Assembly: GCA_048940645.1 (NCBI GenBank)
Contig: JBHLOI010000029.1
Span: forward strand, 1 to 42,872
Length of the DNA stretch: 42,872 bases
Direction of reading: 5' to 3'
DNA from: Promethearchaeota archaeon
GTDB taxonomy: Archaea; Asgardarchaeota; Lokiarchaeia; Sigyniarchaeales; SOKP01
Part shown: positions 9,223 through 19,403 of the stretch, in pieces
How the letters are laid out: the number at the start of each line of letters is the position of its first letter
Numbering within the stretch: the stretch's first letter is position 1
Translations under genes and position numbers: made by a program
Notes under the pieces: model-generated
Told to the model about the DNA's origin: nothing
The model's input: only the letters and a program-made list of their open reading frames with translations
Database searches by the model: none

Positions 9223-10365
9223 CTAACTTCTTAATCTTGGAGGAGGTACATAGACTTTTCTCAATCCTTCTTTTAATGAGATTGCATTTTCCGGGCAAAA
9301 ATGTACACATACTCCACATCCTATACACCAATCTGGATTTCTTTCCGCCTTATCATCACCATTTAATTCAATAGCACCAACAGGACATTTCTCTACACAT
9401 ATACCACATCCAACACATGAATCTTTATCGATAATCGAAATAAAATTTGTTGAATTTATCATTGCCGTTGAACCTCTTCTCCACCAATCAAATGTCCCAC
9501 AGCAATCTTCACAACAATTACATATACTAGTTTCATCTTTAGAGATATCAGAATGAGGGTGCCAAGCTTTATGCACTAAACCGTCTTTTTCAGATTCTTT
9601 TATTAATTTTAAAGCTTCTTCCTGTGAAATAATCCTTCCAAATCCTTGTTCCGCAACATATTTAGCAGATTTTCCAAAAGTAAAACAATTTTCCCTTAAT
9701 TCAGTTTGTTTACATGGATTTCCTAATAAATCTTGATGGTGTCTACAAAAACAATAGCCTACAGCTACATCGTTGAATTTTTTTATTATATCTTCCACCT
9801 TTTGTGTAGGAATAACTATTTCTTCTGGAACTTCTAATTTTTCGTTAATTTCTATGTTTATTTCTTCACCAGATACATTTTTATCTAAAATAGGGATTGT
9901 CCTATCAAATGGAGGCATATTTTGAAATAATGTTATTACAGTGTCATAATTTTCTTGTATAAAATCTGATAATTCATTAAAAAGCTTGGCAAATAATGCA
10001 GCTAATTCTTTATTGTCTTCTGAAAATTCGATTTTTTTCATAAAAGTGTATTCAAATACTCCAACCATTACTAAGGGCATTAGGCGATATACCATAACTC
10101 CTTTTGAGTTTGGTTGATTGAATATAAAACCTTTTTTAGCTAATTTTTTTACGTGATATAATATCTCTTCCTCTAACATTTTACTACTTACTTTTAATTG
10201 TTCCATGGTTTGTGAAGGTTTTCTCTTAAATGCCATAATAAAATCTAAATCATCTTCATCTAGTAATATCTTCAAAAGTTCAATCACAGTATTGTTTATA
10301 GGAAAAGGGAGAAATCCCGCTTTTATAATAACGCGAGCAGCTTTGTGGTATTTATCAACTGACAT
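9223..10365 (-). CDS. 4Fe-4S dicluster ferredoxin-domain protein with N-terminal winged-helix-like region
   Basis: C-terminal CVGCGICVEKCP and CIGCGVCVHFCP; additional CFCRH and ICNCCEDCC motifs. Confidence 0.85.
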   Translation of the reverse strand: MSVDKYHKAARVIIKAGFLPFPINNTVIELLKILLDEDDLDFIMAFKRKPSQTMEQLKVSSKMLEEEILYHVKKLAKKGFIFNQPNSKGVMVYRLMPLVMVGVFEYTFMKKIEFSEDNKELAALFAKLFNELSDFIQENYDTVITLFQNMPPFDRTIPILDKNVSGEEINIEINEKLEVPEEIVIPTQKVEDIIKKFNDVAVGYCFCRHHQDLLGNPCKQTELRENCFTFGKSAKYVAEQGFGRIISQEEALKLIKESEKDGLVHKAWHPHSDISKDETSICNCCEDCCGTFDWWRRGSTAMINSTNFISIIDKDSCVGCGICVEKCPVGAIELNGDDKAERNPDWCIGCGVCVHFCPENAISLKEGLRKVYVPPPRLRS

Positions 10366-10575
10366 TTTTGTTAAAGTCTCAATCTAATTGCATTCATTTA
10401 GTAATATATAGTTTATGGAGAATAAATTAAAACTAATTATTATTTTTTATTCTCTTAAAAAAGAGAGACTATAATAATTATTGGTTAATAGAAATTTTAA
10501 AATTAATTTTAAAATAAATTAAAATAATCTTATTTTTCTGAAGAAATAGTAAACAAAAATTTTGGTAAGATTTAT

Positions 10576-11898
10576 ATGCTAAATGCTTTAATAGTTGGAC
10601 ACGGGGCAAGAGAACATGTAATTGGAGAGTCCTTAGTAAATAGTGGAGCAAATCTACTTGCATTTATGAGTTTTAGAAATGCTGGATTAGATGAATTAAG
10701 TAAAGGGAAAGTTAAAATTCATTCAGAAACAGATTTTAAAGAAATTATTGAATACTGTAAAGAAAAAAGAGTTGATTTTGTTGTTATTGGACCTGAAGCA
10801 CCTTTAGTAGTTGGAATTGTAGATGCACTAGAAAAGAGTGGAATTCCCTGTGTTGGTCCTAAAATTGAAGCTGCTCAACTGGAAGGGTCAAAGATATTTA
10901 CTAGAGGGCTATTAGAAAAATATAAAGTCCCTTCTAATATTTTAAGTAAAAATTTTTTTTCAATGGACGGAGTTGCAAGTTATATTAAAGATATAGGTGA
11001 GGAAAATATTGTAGTTAAGCCTGATGGTTTGACTGGTGGAAAAGGAGTGAAAGTTTATGGTGATCATCTCTTTTCAAAAAATGACGTCATTGATTATTGT
11101 AAAGAATTAGTCCAGAAAAAAAGCGGATTTTTATTGGAAGAAAAGTGTGAGGGAGAAGAATTTACCCTTCAAACTTTCGTTGATGGAAAAAATGTTGTGG
11201 GCACACCACTTGTTCAGGATCACAAAAGAGCCTATGAAAATGATGAAGGGCCTAACACTGGAGGTATGGGATCATATTCGATGCAAGATCACCTTATGCC
11301 CTTTATTGATAAGAAGGATGTTGTTATGGCTCTCAAAGATATGACAAAGGTGATAAATGCCGTTAGGAACGAAACAGGTGTTGAATATAAAGGATTCTTA
11401 TACGGACAATTCATGAAAACAGTTAAAGGTATTAAATTAATTGAGTTTAATGTAAGGTTTGGTGATCCTGAAGCTATGAACGTGTTACCGTTATTAGAAA
11501 ATAATTTTAATGATATTTGTATGGATATAATTGATAAAAAATTATCATCAGATATTAAATTTAAGAGAATGGCTACAGTTTGCAAGTATTTAGCTCCTAA
11601 AGGGTATCCTGTATCTCCAAAAAAAGATCAATTAGTAGAAATTAATAGAAAAAAGTTATCAGAAATAGGAGCAAAATTCTATTATGCTTCAGTTTATAAA
11701 GAGCAGGATAAAATTTACACTACAACTTCAAGAGCAATGGGAATCTTAGGGATTGCTGATAATTTGGAACAAGCTGAAAAGATTGCTGAACAAGGAGTAG
11801 GGTGCATCAAGGGGAATTTGTTCCATAGAAAAGATGTAGGCACTTTAAAATTATTACAGAAACGTATTGATCATATGAATTCTCTATTGAATAATTAA
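10576..11898 (+). CDS. purD: Phosphoribosylamine--glycine ligase
   Basis: GxGAREH, GPEAPL, QDHKRA, GPNTGGMGSYS and EFNVRFGDPE motifs. Confidence 0.97.
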   Translation: MLNALIVGHGAREHVIGESLVNSGANLLAFMSFRNAGLDELSKGKVKIHSETDFKEIIEYCKEKRVDFVVIGPEAPLVVGIVDALEKSGIPCVGPKIEAAQLEGSKIFTRGLLEKYKVPSNILSKNFFSMDGVASYIKDIGEENIVVKPDGLTGGKGVKVYGDHLFSKNDVIDYCKELVQKKSGFLLEEKCEGEEFTLQTFVDGKNVVGTPLVQDHKRAYENDEGPNTGGMGSYSMQDHLMPFIDKKDVVMALKDMTKVINAVRNETGVEYKGFLYGQFMKTVKGIKLIEFNVRFGDPEAMNVLPLLENNFNDICMDIIDKKLSSDIKFKRMATVCKYLAPKGYPVSPKKDQLVEINRKKLSEIGAKFYYASVYKEQDKIYTTTSRAMGILGIADNLEQAEKIAEQGVGCIKGNLFHRKDVGTLKLLQKRIDHMNSLLNN

Positions 11899-11998
11899 AA
11901 CCTCCTTTTCCTTGATTTTTAGATTCTTGATGACTTATTTGGATTATGAAATATAAAGATTAGATTATAATAACATTTTTACTATTATTATTGTAGTT

Positions 11999-12490
11999 AT
12001 GGACTGGCATAAAAAAAATATTCATTTTAATGCATTAATAAAACAATTATTCCATGATAGGGATCATCAAAAGAGAGCAGAAGCTGCGAGGCAATTAGGA
12101 TTTCTCAGGGATGGGAGAGCTGTAAATTTACTTTGCCGAGCCTTAAAAAGTGAATATGATCCTATGGTAATTAATAGGATAATTGAGGCATTAGGGCAAA
12201 TTGGGGATGGGAGAGCAACTTTAGGGATTATTGAAAGATTAAAAGAAGAATTAGATAAACCAGAAATAGAAAAAAACAAATTAAAAATCATCTTCATAAT
12301 TGAAAGTCTTATGAAAATCAAGGATAAAAGAGCTTTAGTTTTTATAGGTCCATTTTTGAATTCAACAGATGAAAAATTAAAAAATCTTGCTCAAAAAGCT
12401 TTTGATGAAATTGAACCAAATTGGCGCCTTATACTTGAAAAAGAGCGGCAAGAAAAATCAATTCAAGATATTTTTAGAGTGAATCTTTAA
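11999..12490 (+). CDS. HEAT/PBS-lyase repeat protein
   Basis: Repeats 'RAEAARQLGFLRDGRAV', 'IIEALGQIGDGRAT' and 'ESLMKIKDKRAL'. Confidence 0.85.
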   Translation: MDWHKKNIHFNALIKQLFHDRDHQKRAEAARQLGFLRDGRAVNLLCRALKSEYDPMVINRIIEALGQIGDGRATLGIIERLKEELDKPEIEKNKLKIIFIIESLMKIKDKRALVFIGPFLNSTDEKLKNLAQKAFDEIEPNWRLILEKERQEKSIQDIFRVNL

Positions 12491-12531
12491 AATATCTAAG
12501 AAAATTTTAAATGTTTTTTAAATCCCTATAT

Positions 12532-13140
12532 TTAATTTTGAGAGAATTTAGTATAATATTTCTTTCCTTTATGTATATGATAAAATCTTCTTATGTAGTA
12601 ATATATATAAAAACCCAATACAAAAATCCAATATATAATAAAAATTATTAAAAATTGAAACAAAAATGGTAAAAATACTGCTAATAAAATGGCAACCATT
12701 CCTAATATAATTAAAAATTCAAAAGAGATCATAGGGTCATATTTTTTATCCGATACAAAGTGTTTAAAATTTTTGAGTAAACTATTTTCTTTTAAACTCT
12801 CATAGCAATCACAGCATATTAATGGAATATCAATATTATATCGGTCTTTTACATATAATTTTTGGATTATAGTTAAAATACGATGGATTTTATTCCCACA
12901 TAATTTACAATGAAAATGTCCTCTGCTTCTATCTGCTTCGATCTTATCAATTTCCAATTTTGGAAAAAAGCAATCATTTTCTTTGTAATGTTGACAAGTT
13001 TTACATGTTAAGATTTTATCGATGTATTCTTCTTCTAGGCTGGTTTTTTCTGGTTTCATAAAAAAAGGAAATTGACTATGATATTGACAAATTACACGCC
13101 CTTTATTATCAATCTCGAAAGAAGGTTCTACAAATGACAT
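12532..13140 (-). CDS. Cys/His-rich (putative Zn-binding) membrane protein
   Basis: CxxH, CxxC, C, CxxC and CCxC motifs followed by two C-terminal hydrophobic helices. Confidence 0.65.
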   Translation of the reverse strand: MSFVEPSFEIDNKGRVICQYHSQFPFFMKPEKTSLEEEYIDKILTCKTCQHYKENDCFFPKLEIDKIEADRSRGHFHCKLCGNKIHRILTIIQKLYVKDRYNIDIPLICCDCYESLKENSLLKNFKHFVSDKKYDPMISFEFLIILGMVAILLAVFLPFLFQFLIIFIIYWIFVLGFYIYYYIRRFYHIHKGKKYYTKFSQN

Positions 13141-13330
13141 TTACTGATAATGAAATAATTATGATAATATATTTATTTAACGATTTAGTTTTAAAATATA
13201 TCAACAAAACAGGGTTTTGATATGAAGAAGTTTTTACTTTTTTATGAAAAAATTAATTTTTTATAAAAGATTTAAATTCTATATAACATTTGATACAACT
13301 TTTAAATTAACACTAAGAGGTAAATAAAAA

Positions 13331-16300
13331 ATGTCAGCAATTTCAAATGAAAATTACAACTTAATAGAAATTCTTTCTGACAATATTGAGGATTTAATAT
13401 ATATCCTAAATGATTCCTTTGAATGTGAATATTTAAATGAGAAAATTCATCTGGATTCTGTTGGCTATTCTTGTTTGTCAAATAAGTTTACAGATTATAT
13501 TTATGGTTCTGATAGAAAAAGGGCCGTTTTATTTCTAAAGAAAATTTTGAAAATTGGAGAGGCTTTAGAGGAATTTAGAATAATGACTAACAGCGGTTAC
13601 AATTATTATGAAGTTAAAGGAAAAAGATTTTTTGATAAAGCCTATAATGCTAAAATATTTCTCATTTCAAAAGATATTTCAAGATTTAAAGAACTTGAAT
13701 ATGAATTGATGAAAGGGACAAAAAAATTAAAGGAAATGACTGAAACTCTACCAGAAATAAGATTTTGGAAATTCTTACAATCAAGGAGTTCAAAAACAGC
13801 TATCCAAGAAACTTATGAAATGCTACATTTAGTAATTGAAAATATTCCACAATTTGTTTTCTGGAAGGATATTGACTTAAATTATTTAGGATGTAATCAT
13901 AATTATGCTTTAATAAATAATTTAAAAGATCCAAATTTCATTGTTGGAAAAAGAGACACAGAATTACCATGGCCTAAAAATAATTTAACGCATATACAAG
14001 AAAGAGAAAGTCATGTAATTAAAACTAATAAAAATGAATATTCGGTAGAATCTTGGACTTTACCAGATGGAAATAAAGTATGGTTTGAAGTAAATAGAAT
14101 CCCACTCCATGATTTAGAAAGCCACGTAATTGGCCTTCTATCTACTTATAACGATATCAGTAATAGAATAATTTCTGAACAAAAATTAAGTCAATCAGAA
14201 TTAAAGTATCGAAGTATACTCGAAAATATTAAAGAAGGATATTTTGAAGTTGACTTAAGAGGTAATTTCATTTTTATCAATAATTCTTTTTGTGAAATCT
14301 TTGGATATAATGAAGCTGAAATTTTAGGAAGTAGTTATAAAAAATTTGCTGATGAAAAAAACAGAATTAAAGCATTTGAGTCATTTAACCAAGTTTATAA
14401 AACCAGTATAGGCCAGAAATTTCTCCAATTTGAATTTAAAAAAAAAGATGGAGAAATCATAATTCTAGAGACATCTGTAGACTTAAAGTATAATTCGGAA
14501 GGAAATAAAATTGGATTCTATGGAATAATACATAATATCACTGATAAATATCTTTTAGAACAAGAATTAAAAAAATCAGAAGAAAGATATCGACTTATCT
14601 CTGAGAATGCTTATGACCTGATTTCAATAATAAATCAAAATTTGAAATTTGAATATGCTAATGAACAACCATTTTTTGATATATTAGGATATAAGAAAGA
14701 AGAAATTATTGGAACATCTGTGTTAAGTCTTGTTTTTCCTGATGAGAAAAGATTAGCATTGAATACTTTGATCGAGGGCCTTAAAAAAGGTGAGGGTGTA
14801 TCAGAATTTCGAATACGTCATAAAAAGGGTAATTGGATCTGGATAGAAGTTAAAGGGAGTGCATTTACTGACCTAGATGGTAAGATTAAAGGTATTATCA
14901 TCGGAAGAGATATAACGGAAAAGAAACTAGCAGAAGAAGAATTAAAAAAATTGAATAGAGAACTTGAACAAATTGTTCTAGAAAGAACAAAGGAATTAAG
15001 AGAATCAGAAGAAAAATTTAGGACTATGACTGAACAGTCTTCAATGGGCATAGTAATTCTACAAGAGGGATATATTAAATACTTTAACGATGCTATATCT
15101 AAAATTACGGGATACACTTCTGAAGAAATGAATAATTGGACTCAAAATGAGTTCCTTCAAAAGATTCATGATGAGGATCAACTTCTTGTATTTGAACACC
15201 TTAGAACAAAATTGAATGAAGGAGATAAGTTACCATCTCATTATGATTGCAGAATAGTTACATCTTCAAAAGAAATTAAGTGGATAGAATTGCATTCACA
15301 GTTAATAGAATATAAAGGGAAATCTGCCGTTTTAGCTACATTCATAGATATCACAGACAAGAAAATTGCAGAAGAAAAGTTAATAGAATCTGAGGAAAAA
15401 TACAGACATTTATTTGAAAACTCTCCCTATGGTATTGTTTTATTAGATTTAAAGGGTATGATAATTGATATTAATTCTACAACACCAAGATTATACGGTT
15501 ATACAAAAGAAGATTTAATTGGTAAAAATTATCTTCATTTATTAGATGTTTATCCCTCTGAGACTAAGTTAGCACTACGTGGAATTACAAATCTTATTAG
15601 TGATGGAGAATTTATACTGCCAAAAATGAAACCTCAAGCCATACAGATTTTTAAGAAAGATGGAACGATTGCATGGGTTGAATCAGAAATTTCAACTATT
15701 AAATTGGGTAATAAGGTATTTATACAAATTATAATATTGGATATTACTGAAAAAAAGTTTGCTGAACAGAAGTTAATTGAATCAGAAAGCATATTAAGGG
15801 AACAAAATATCGAATTAAGAGAATTAGATAAGTTAAAAACTGATTTCATTAGTATTGCTGCTCATGAACTAAAAACACCCCTAATTTCTGTAGGGGGATA
15901 TATAGATCTTATCTTTATGAGAGAAAAAGATTTAAAAGAAGAGATTAAAGAGGATTTAGAGAGATCTCTAAGTAACGTCCGACGACTTGAAGATTACATC
16001 AATCGCTTGATGGATGTTATGAAAATAGATGCTAAAAAGATGGATTTAGAATTTACTGAAGAAAACATCCATGATATTGTAGAAAATTCCCTATCAGAAT
16101 TATATTTTCAAATTAATCAAAAAAAATTAAAATTAAAATTAAACATAGATAAATCTATTAAATTAAAATTGGATTCATCGAGAATTTATCAGGTTTTTTC
16201 AAATCTTATTTCCAACGCTATTAAGTTTTCTAATGAAGGTGGTTTAATAGAAATTTCCGCTGAAAAGCAAACTAATAATTTTCTATTTAGTATAAAAGAT

Positions 16301-16525
16301 TACGGAAAAGGATTAACTAAAAAGGAGAGAGAAAAATTATTTGGAAAATTTGTCTCCATTGGGCAGTATTCTGAAAACCTTTCTGCTTTCGAAAAAGGAA
16401 GTGGATTAGGATTATATATTGCTAAAGGGATTATAGAAGCTCACAGTGGAAATATTTGGGTCAAATCTGAAGGCTTAAACAGCGGAACTGAGTTTCTATT
16501 TACTTTACCACTTAGGGAGAATTAA
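13331..16525 (+). CDS. Multi-PAS sensor histidine kinase
   Basis: About 6 PAS/PAC repeats ending D(I)T/S-like motifs; HisKA AHELKTPL; HATPase NLISNAIKF, DYGKG and GSGLGL. Confidence 0.95.
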   Translation: MSAISNENYNLIEILSDNIEDLIYILNDSFECEYLNEKIHLDSVGYSCLSNKFTDYIYGSDRKRAVLFLKKILKIGEALEEFRIMTNSGYNYYEVKGKRFFDKAYNAKIFLISKDISRFKELEYELMKGTKKLKEMTETLPEIRFWKFLQSRSSKTAIQETYEMLHLVIENIPQFVFWKDIDLNYLGCNHNYALINNLKDPNFIVGKRDTELPWPKNNLTHIQERESHVIKTNKNEYSVESWTLPDGNKVWFEVNRIPLHDLESHVIGLLSTYNDISNRIISEQKLSQSELKYRSILENIKEGYFEVDLRGNFIFINNSFCEIFGYNEAEILGSSYKKFADEKNRIKAFESFNQVYKTSIGQKFLQFEFKKKDGEIIILETSVDLKYNSEGNKIGFYGIIHNITDKYLLEQELKKSEERYRLISENAYDLISIINQNLKFEYANEQPFFDILGYKKEEIIGTSVLSLVFPDEKRLALNTLIEGLKKGEGVSEFRIRHKKGNWIWIEVKGSAFTDLDGKIKGIIIGRDITEKKLAEEELKKLNRELEQIVLERTKELRESEEKFRTMTEQSSMGIVILQEGYIKYFNDAISKITGYTSEEMNNWTQNEFLQKIHDEDQLLVFEHLRTKLNEGDKLPSHYDCRIVTSSKEIKWIELHSQLIEYKGKSAVLATFIDITDKKIAEEKLIESEEKYRHLFENSPYGIVLLDLKGMIIDINSTTPRLYGYTKEDLIGKNYLHLLDVYPSETKLALRGITNLISDGEFILPKMKPQAIQIFKKDGTIAWVESEISTIKLGNKVFIQIIILDITEKKFAEQKLIESESILREQNIELRELDKLKTDFISIAAHELKTPLISVGGYIDLIFMREKDLKEEIKEDLERSLSNVRRLEDYINRLMDVMKIDAKKMDLEFTEENIHDIVENSLSELYFQINQKKLKLKLNIDKSIKLKLDSSRIYQVFSNLISNAIKFSNEGGLIEISAEKQTNNFLFSIKDYGKGLTKKEREKLFGKFVSIGQYSENLSAFEKGSGLGLYIAKGIIEAHSGNIWVKSEGLNSGTEFLFTLPLREN

Positions 16526-16731
16526 ATTATTAGGTTATAATACCTAAATGAATATCTGAATGCATCTTTACTCACTACTAATAATTAAATATAATAATGC
16601 GGTTCATTTCTTTAAAACTAAATAAAGGAATTTTTCTTTTTAAATAATTAGAAATTCTGAATTGTATCAAAACTTAAATTAATAGTATCAAATTGTTTAA
16701 AACGATAAAAGTGTAATATAGAATATCTATA

Positions 16732-18894
16732 ATGTCAACTATAATAATTTCTGAGAAAAAAAAAGCAGCAGAAGCTATAGCGGAAGCTCTTGGACCAGTT
16801 AAAACAATTAATAAAACAAAAAAGTATAATATTTATCATGTTCCCTCAAGAAATGTTTTTGTAATTCCACTAAGAGGTCATATTCTAGAATATCGAAATA
16901 CACCGAATTTCAAAAGTTGGGTAAATACTAATCCACGTGAAATTATTACAAATCCAAATGCTATCAAAAAAGTTCCGATAAGCTCTGCGAGTCCTTATAT
17001 TAAAGCATTAAAAGAATACTCTAAAATTTCAAATCATTGTATTATTGGTACAGATGCAGATATAGAAGGTTGTAATATTGGACTGTTTGATGCATTACCA
17101 TATATTAAACAAATAAAACCAAATATTAGAGTATCTCAACTATGGCTGAGCTCACTTCAAAAAACTGAAATTTTACAAAAATTTAATAATTTAATTACTC
17201 CTAAATACAATTGGGGTGAATCTGGAGAAGCACGCTCTATACTTGATGCTATTATTGGTTTTTCATCCACAAGAGAAATTACAAGCACACTTCGTCCTTT
17301 ATTAAATAGGTTCAGAGTTAAATTCACTTCAATTGGAAGGGTGCAAACATCCCTTTTATATTTACTTTATTTAAGAGAACAAGAAATACTTACCTTTGTG
17401 CCAGAGCCTTATTTCACAATAGAAGCTGTTCTAATACATGAAAAAGGTCATTTTAAGGCACAGCATGATTTAAACCCTTTTAAAAAACAGGATGAGAAAA
17501 AAGCTAGAGAAATATATCTTAAAATTAAAAATGAAAAAATTGCTAAAATTATAGATCATGCTAAAAAGCTTACTAAAAGAGCTCCACCAACCCCATTAAA
17601 TACTTCAAAGGCACTAATACTATTAACCAAAAATTTAAAGCTGTCAGCTCATGTTGCGATGAGCACGATGAATTCCTTATATCTAAATAAAATAATATCT
17701 TACCCTAGAACAGAAAGTGATGTTTATAAACCAGATTTTAACCATAAAGACTTAATTAGCAATTTCCTAAATCACTCCTTATTTGGTAGCTATACAGATA
17801 AACTATTAAGGAATAATAGAATTAAGCCAACTAGAGGTAAAAAAGATGCAGGTGATCATCCACCAATTACTCCTCTTGTTAGTTTAGAATTAGTGGATGA
17901 TAAACTTGAGAATGATCTTCAGAAGAAAGTATACAATTTATTAACAAGGCACTATCTTGCTTTATTTGGTGAAGAAGCGACTGAATCAAAACAATTTTTA
18001 AAACTTTTGATTAAGGATGAACCATTCAATGCTCAAATAGTATTATTAATTTCTGAGGGTTTCTTGGAAATTGCTCCGTTTCTGAAACCCAAATATGATA
18101 CAGAAATACAAATTTTGGGCGATCAAATACCAATTAAGGAAATTTTATTCAATCAAAAACAAACTCAACCTCCACCTAGATATACGGATACCACTATACT
18201 AAAATTAATGGAAAAAAATCATCTAGGCACAAAATCAACAAGACCCATAATAATCAGAATACTTCAAACTAGGAAATTAATTAAACGGATGAGATATCGA
18301 TATTTTATAACCGATTTAGGAAAATTTCTAATTGAAAATTTAATTAAGATATGGTTACCATTTCTAAAACCAAGTTTCACTAAGGATGTTGAAATAAAAT
18401 TAGAAGATATTAAGGATGGAAAAATTAGTTGGCAGAATGTGGTTAATGAAGTTAAAAGAGACTTTTTAGTACTATTTGACAAATTATTGGCAAATAAAGA
18501 GAGCATAATCTCAAATATAGACAATTTTAAACAGAAGTTAGATCTACGAATTCCGAAAGAGTTTCCTCTAACAAAATCAAATTGCCCATTTTGTAAAAAT
18601 CATCCCATGAAATTTGTTAATCTTCCCAACAAACGATTTCTTGTCTGTTCAGATGACAATTGTAAAAAATATTTATCTTTACCCAAAAATGGAAAACTAG
18701 AATTATTAAATGCTGTATGTTTATCATGTGAATTTAACATTTTCAAAGTGACTTTACATAAATATAACAAGCCATTTATCTATTATTTATGTCCTAAATG
18801 CTGGAATGAAGGGCTAAATGAGAGAAGTGGAAAAGGTTTCTGCTCTAAATGTGTTGATTACAAAATTTTAAATGATAAGTGTATTAAAAAATAA
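16732..18894 (+). CDS. topA: Type IA DNA topoisomerase (Topo III-like) with C-terminal Cys-rich zinc-finger region
   Basis: Toprim SEK and DADIEG, SIGRVQT, catalytic ISYPRT, DAGDHPPITP, GTKSTR; multiple C-terminal CxxC. Confidence 0.93.
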   Translation: MSTIIISEKKKAAEAIAEALGPVKTINKTKKYNIYHVPSRNVFVIPLRGHILEYRNTPNFKSWVNTNPREIITNPNAIKKVPISSASPYIKALKEYSKISNHCIIGTDADIEGCNIGLFDALPYIKQIKPNIRVSQLWLSSLQKTEILQKFNNLITPKYNWGESGEARSILDAIIGFSSTREITSTLRPLLNRFRVKFTSIGRVQTSLLYLLYLREQEILTFVPEPYFTIEAVLIHEKGHFKAQHDLNPFKKQDEKKAREIYLKIKNEKIAKIIDHAKKLTKRAPPTPLNTSKALILLTKNLKLSAHVAMSTMNSLYLNKIISYPRTESDVYKPDFNHKDLISNFLNHSLFGSYTDKLLRNNRIKPTRGKKDAGDHPPITPLVSLELVDDKLENDLQKKVYNLLTRHYLALFGEEATESKQFLKLLIKDEPFNAQIVLLISEGFLEIAPFLKPKYDTEIQILGDQIPIKEILFNQKQTQPPPRYTDTTILKLMEKNHLGTKSTRPIIIRILQTRKLIKRMRYRYFITDLGKFLIENLIKIWLPFLKPSFTKDVEIKLEDIKDGKISWQNVVNEVKRDFLVLFDKLLANKESIISNIDNFKQKLDLRIPKEFPLTKSNCPFCKNHPMKFVNLPNKRFLVCSDDNCKKYLSLPKNGKLELLNAVCLSCEFNIFKVTLHKYNKPFIYYLCPKCWNEGLNERSGKGFCSKCVDYKILNDKCIKK

Positions 18895-18911
18895 AAATTC
18901 AATAAATTCAA

Positions 18912-19277
18912 TTAATCTAATTTAAATTTATACTTATTAAACGCAGCACGTGTTAATCCAACGTAATTATCGCTGATTTTATAATATAATTTCCCATCTA
19001 TCATCCTTTTTTCAACATAATCATTCTTTAATACGTTGTTTAACGAGTTTATCATCATACCTAACGTAACAGCACCCATGTACTTTTGTTGACGTTTTGC
19101 TATTCGAATTAAATCCAGTTCTGAATGCCAATTGCCGTCTAGTAACCCCATTAAAATTTCATTTTTTACCGGGACCTTTATATTTTTGATTTTATTAAAT
19201 AAGCCTGAGTAATCAGGTTTAAAATATTTTTTTAACATTTTCGATTGATCATAATTACTGTTCTGAAATTCTGCCAT
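18912..19277 (-). CDS. Small hypothetical protein, winged-helix-like
   Basis: 'NEILMGLLDGNWHSELDL...VEKRMIDGKLYYKIS' matches a helix-turn-helix plus wing pattern. Confidence 0.55.
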   Translation of the reverse strand: MAEFQNSNYDQSKMLKKYFKPDYSGLFNKIKNIKVPVKNEILMGLLDGNWHSELDLIRIAKRQQKYMGAVTLGMMINSLNNVLKNDYVEKRMIDGKLYYKISDNYVGLTRAAFNKYKFKLD

Positions 19278-19403
19278 TGCTCTTTACACCAAAAAAAAAA
19301 ATCTGTTTATAGTATAATATCGGAATAATATTTTTAATGAAGTGTAATATGCATGTAATATTTACAAGTTGCTTGTTAAAAACTCAGACTTTTAGGCATA
19401 AAG

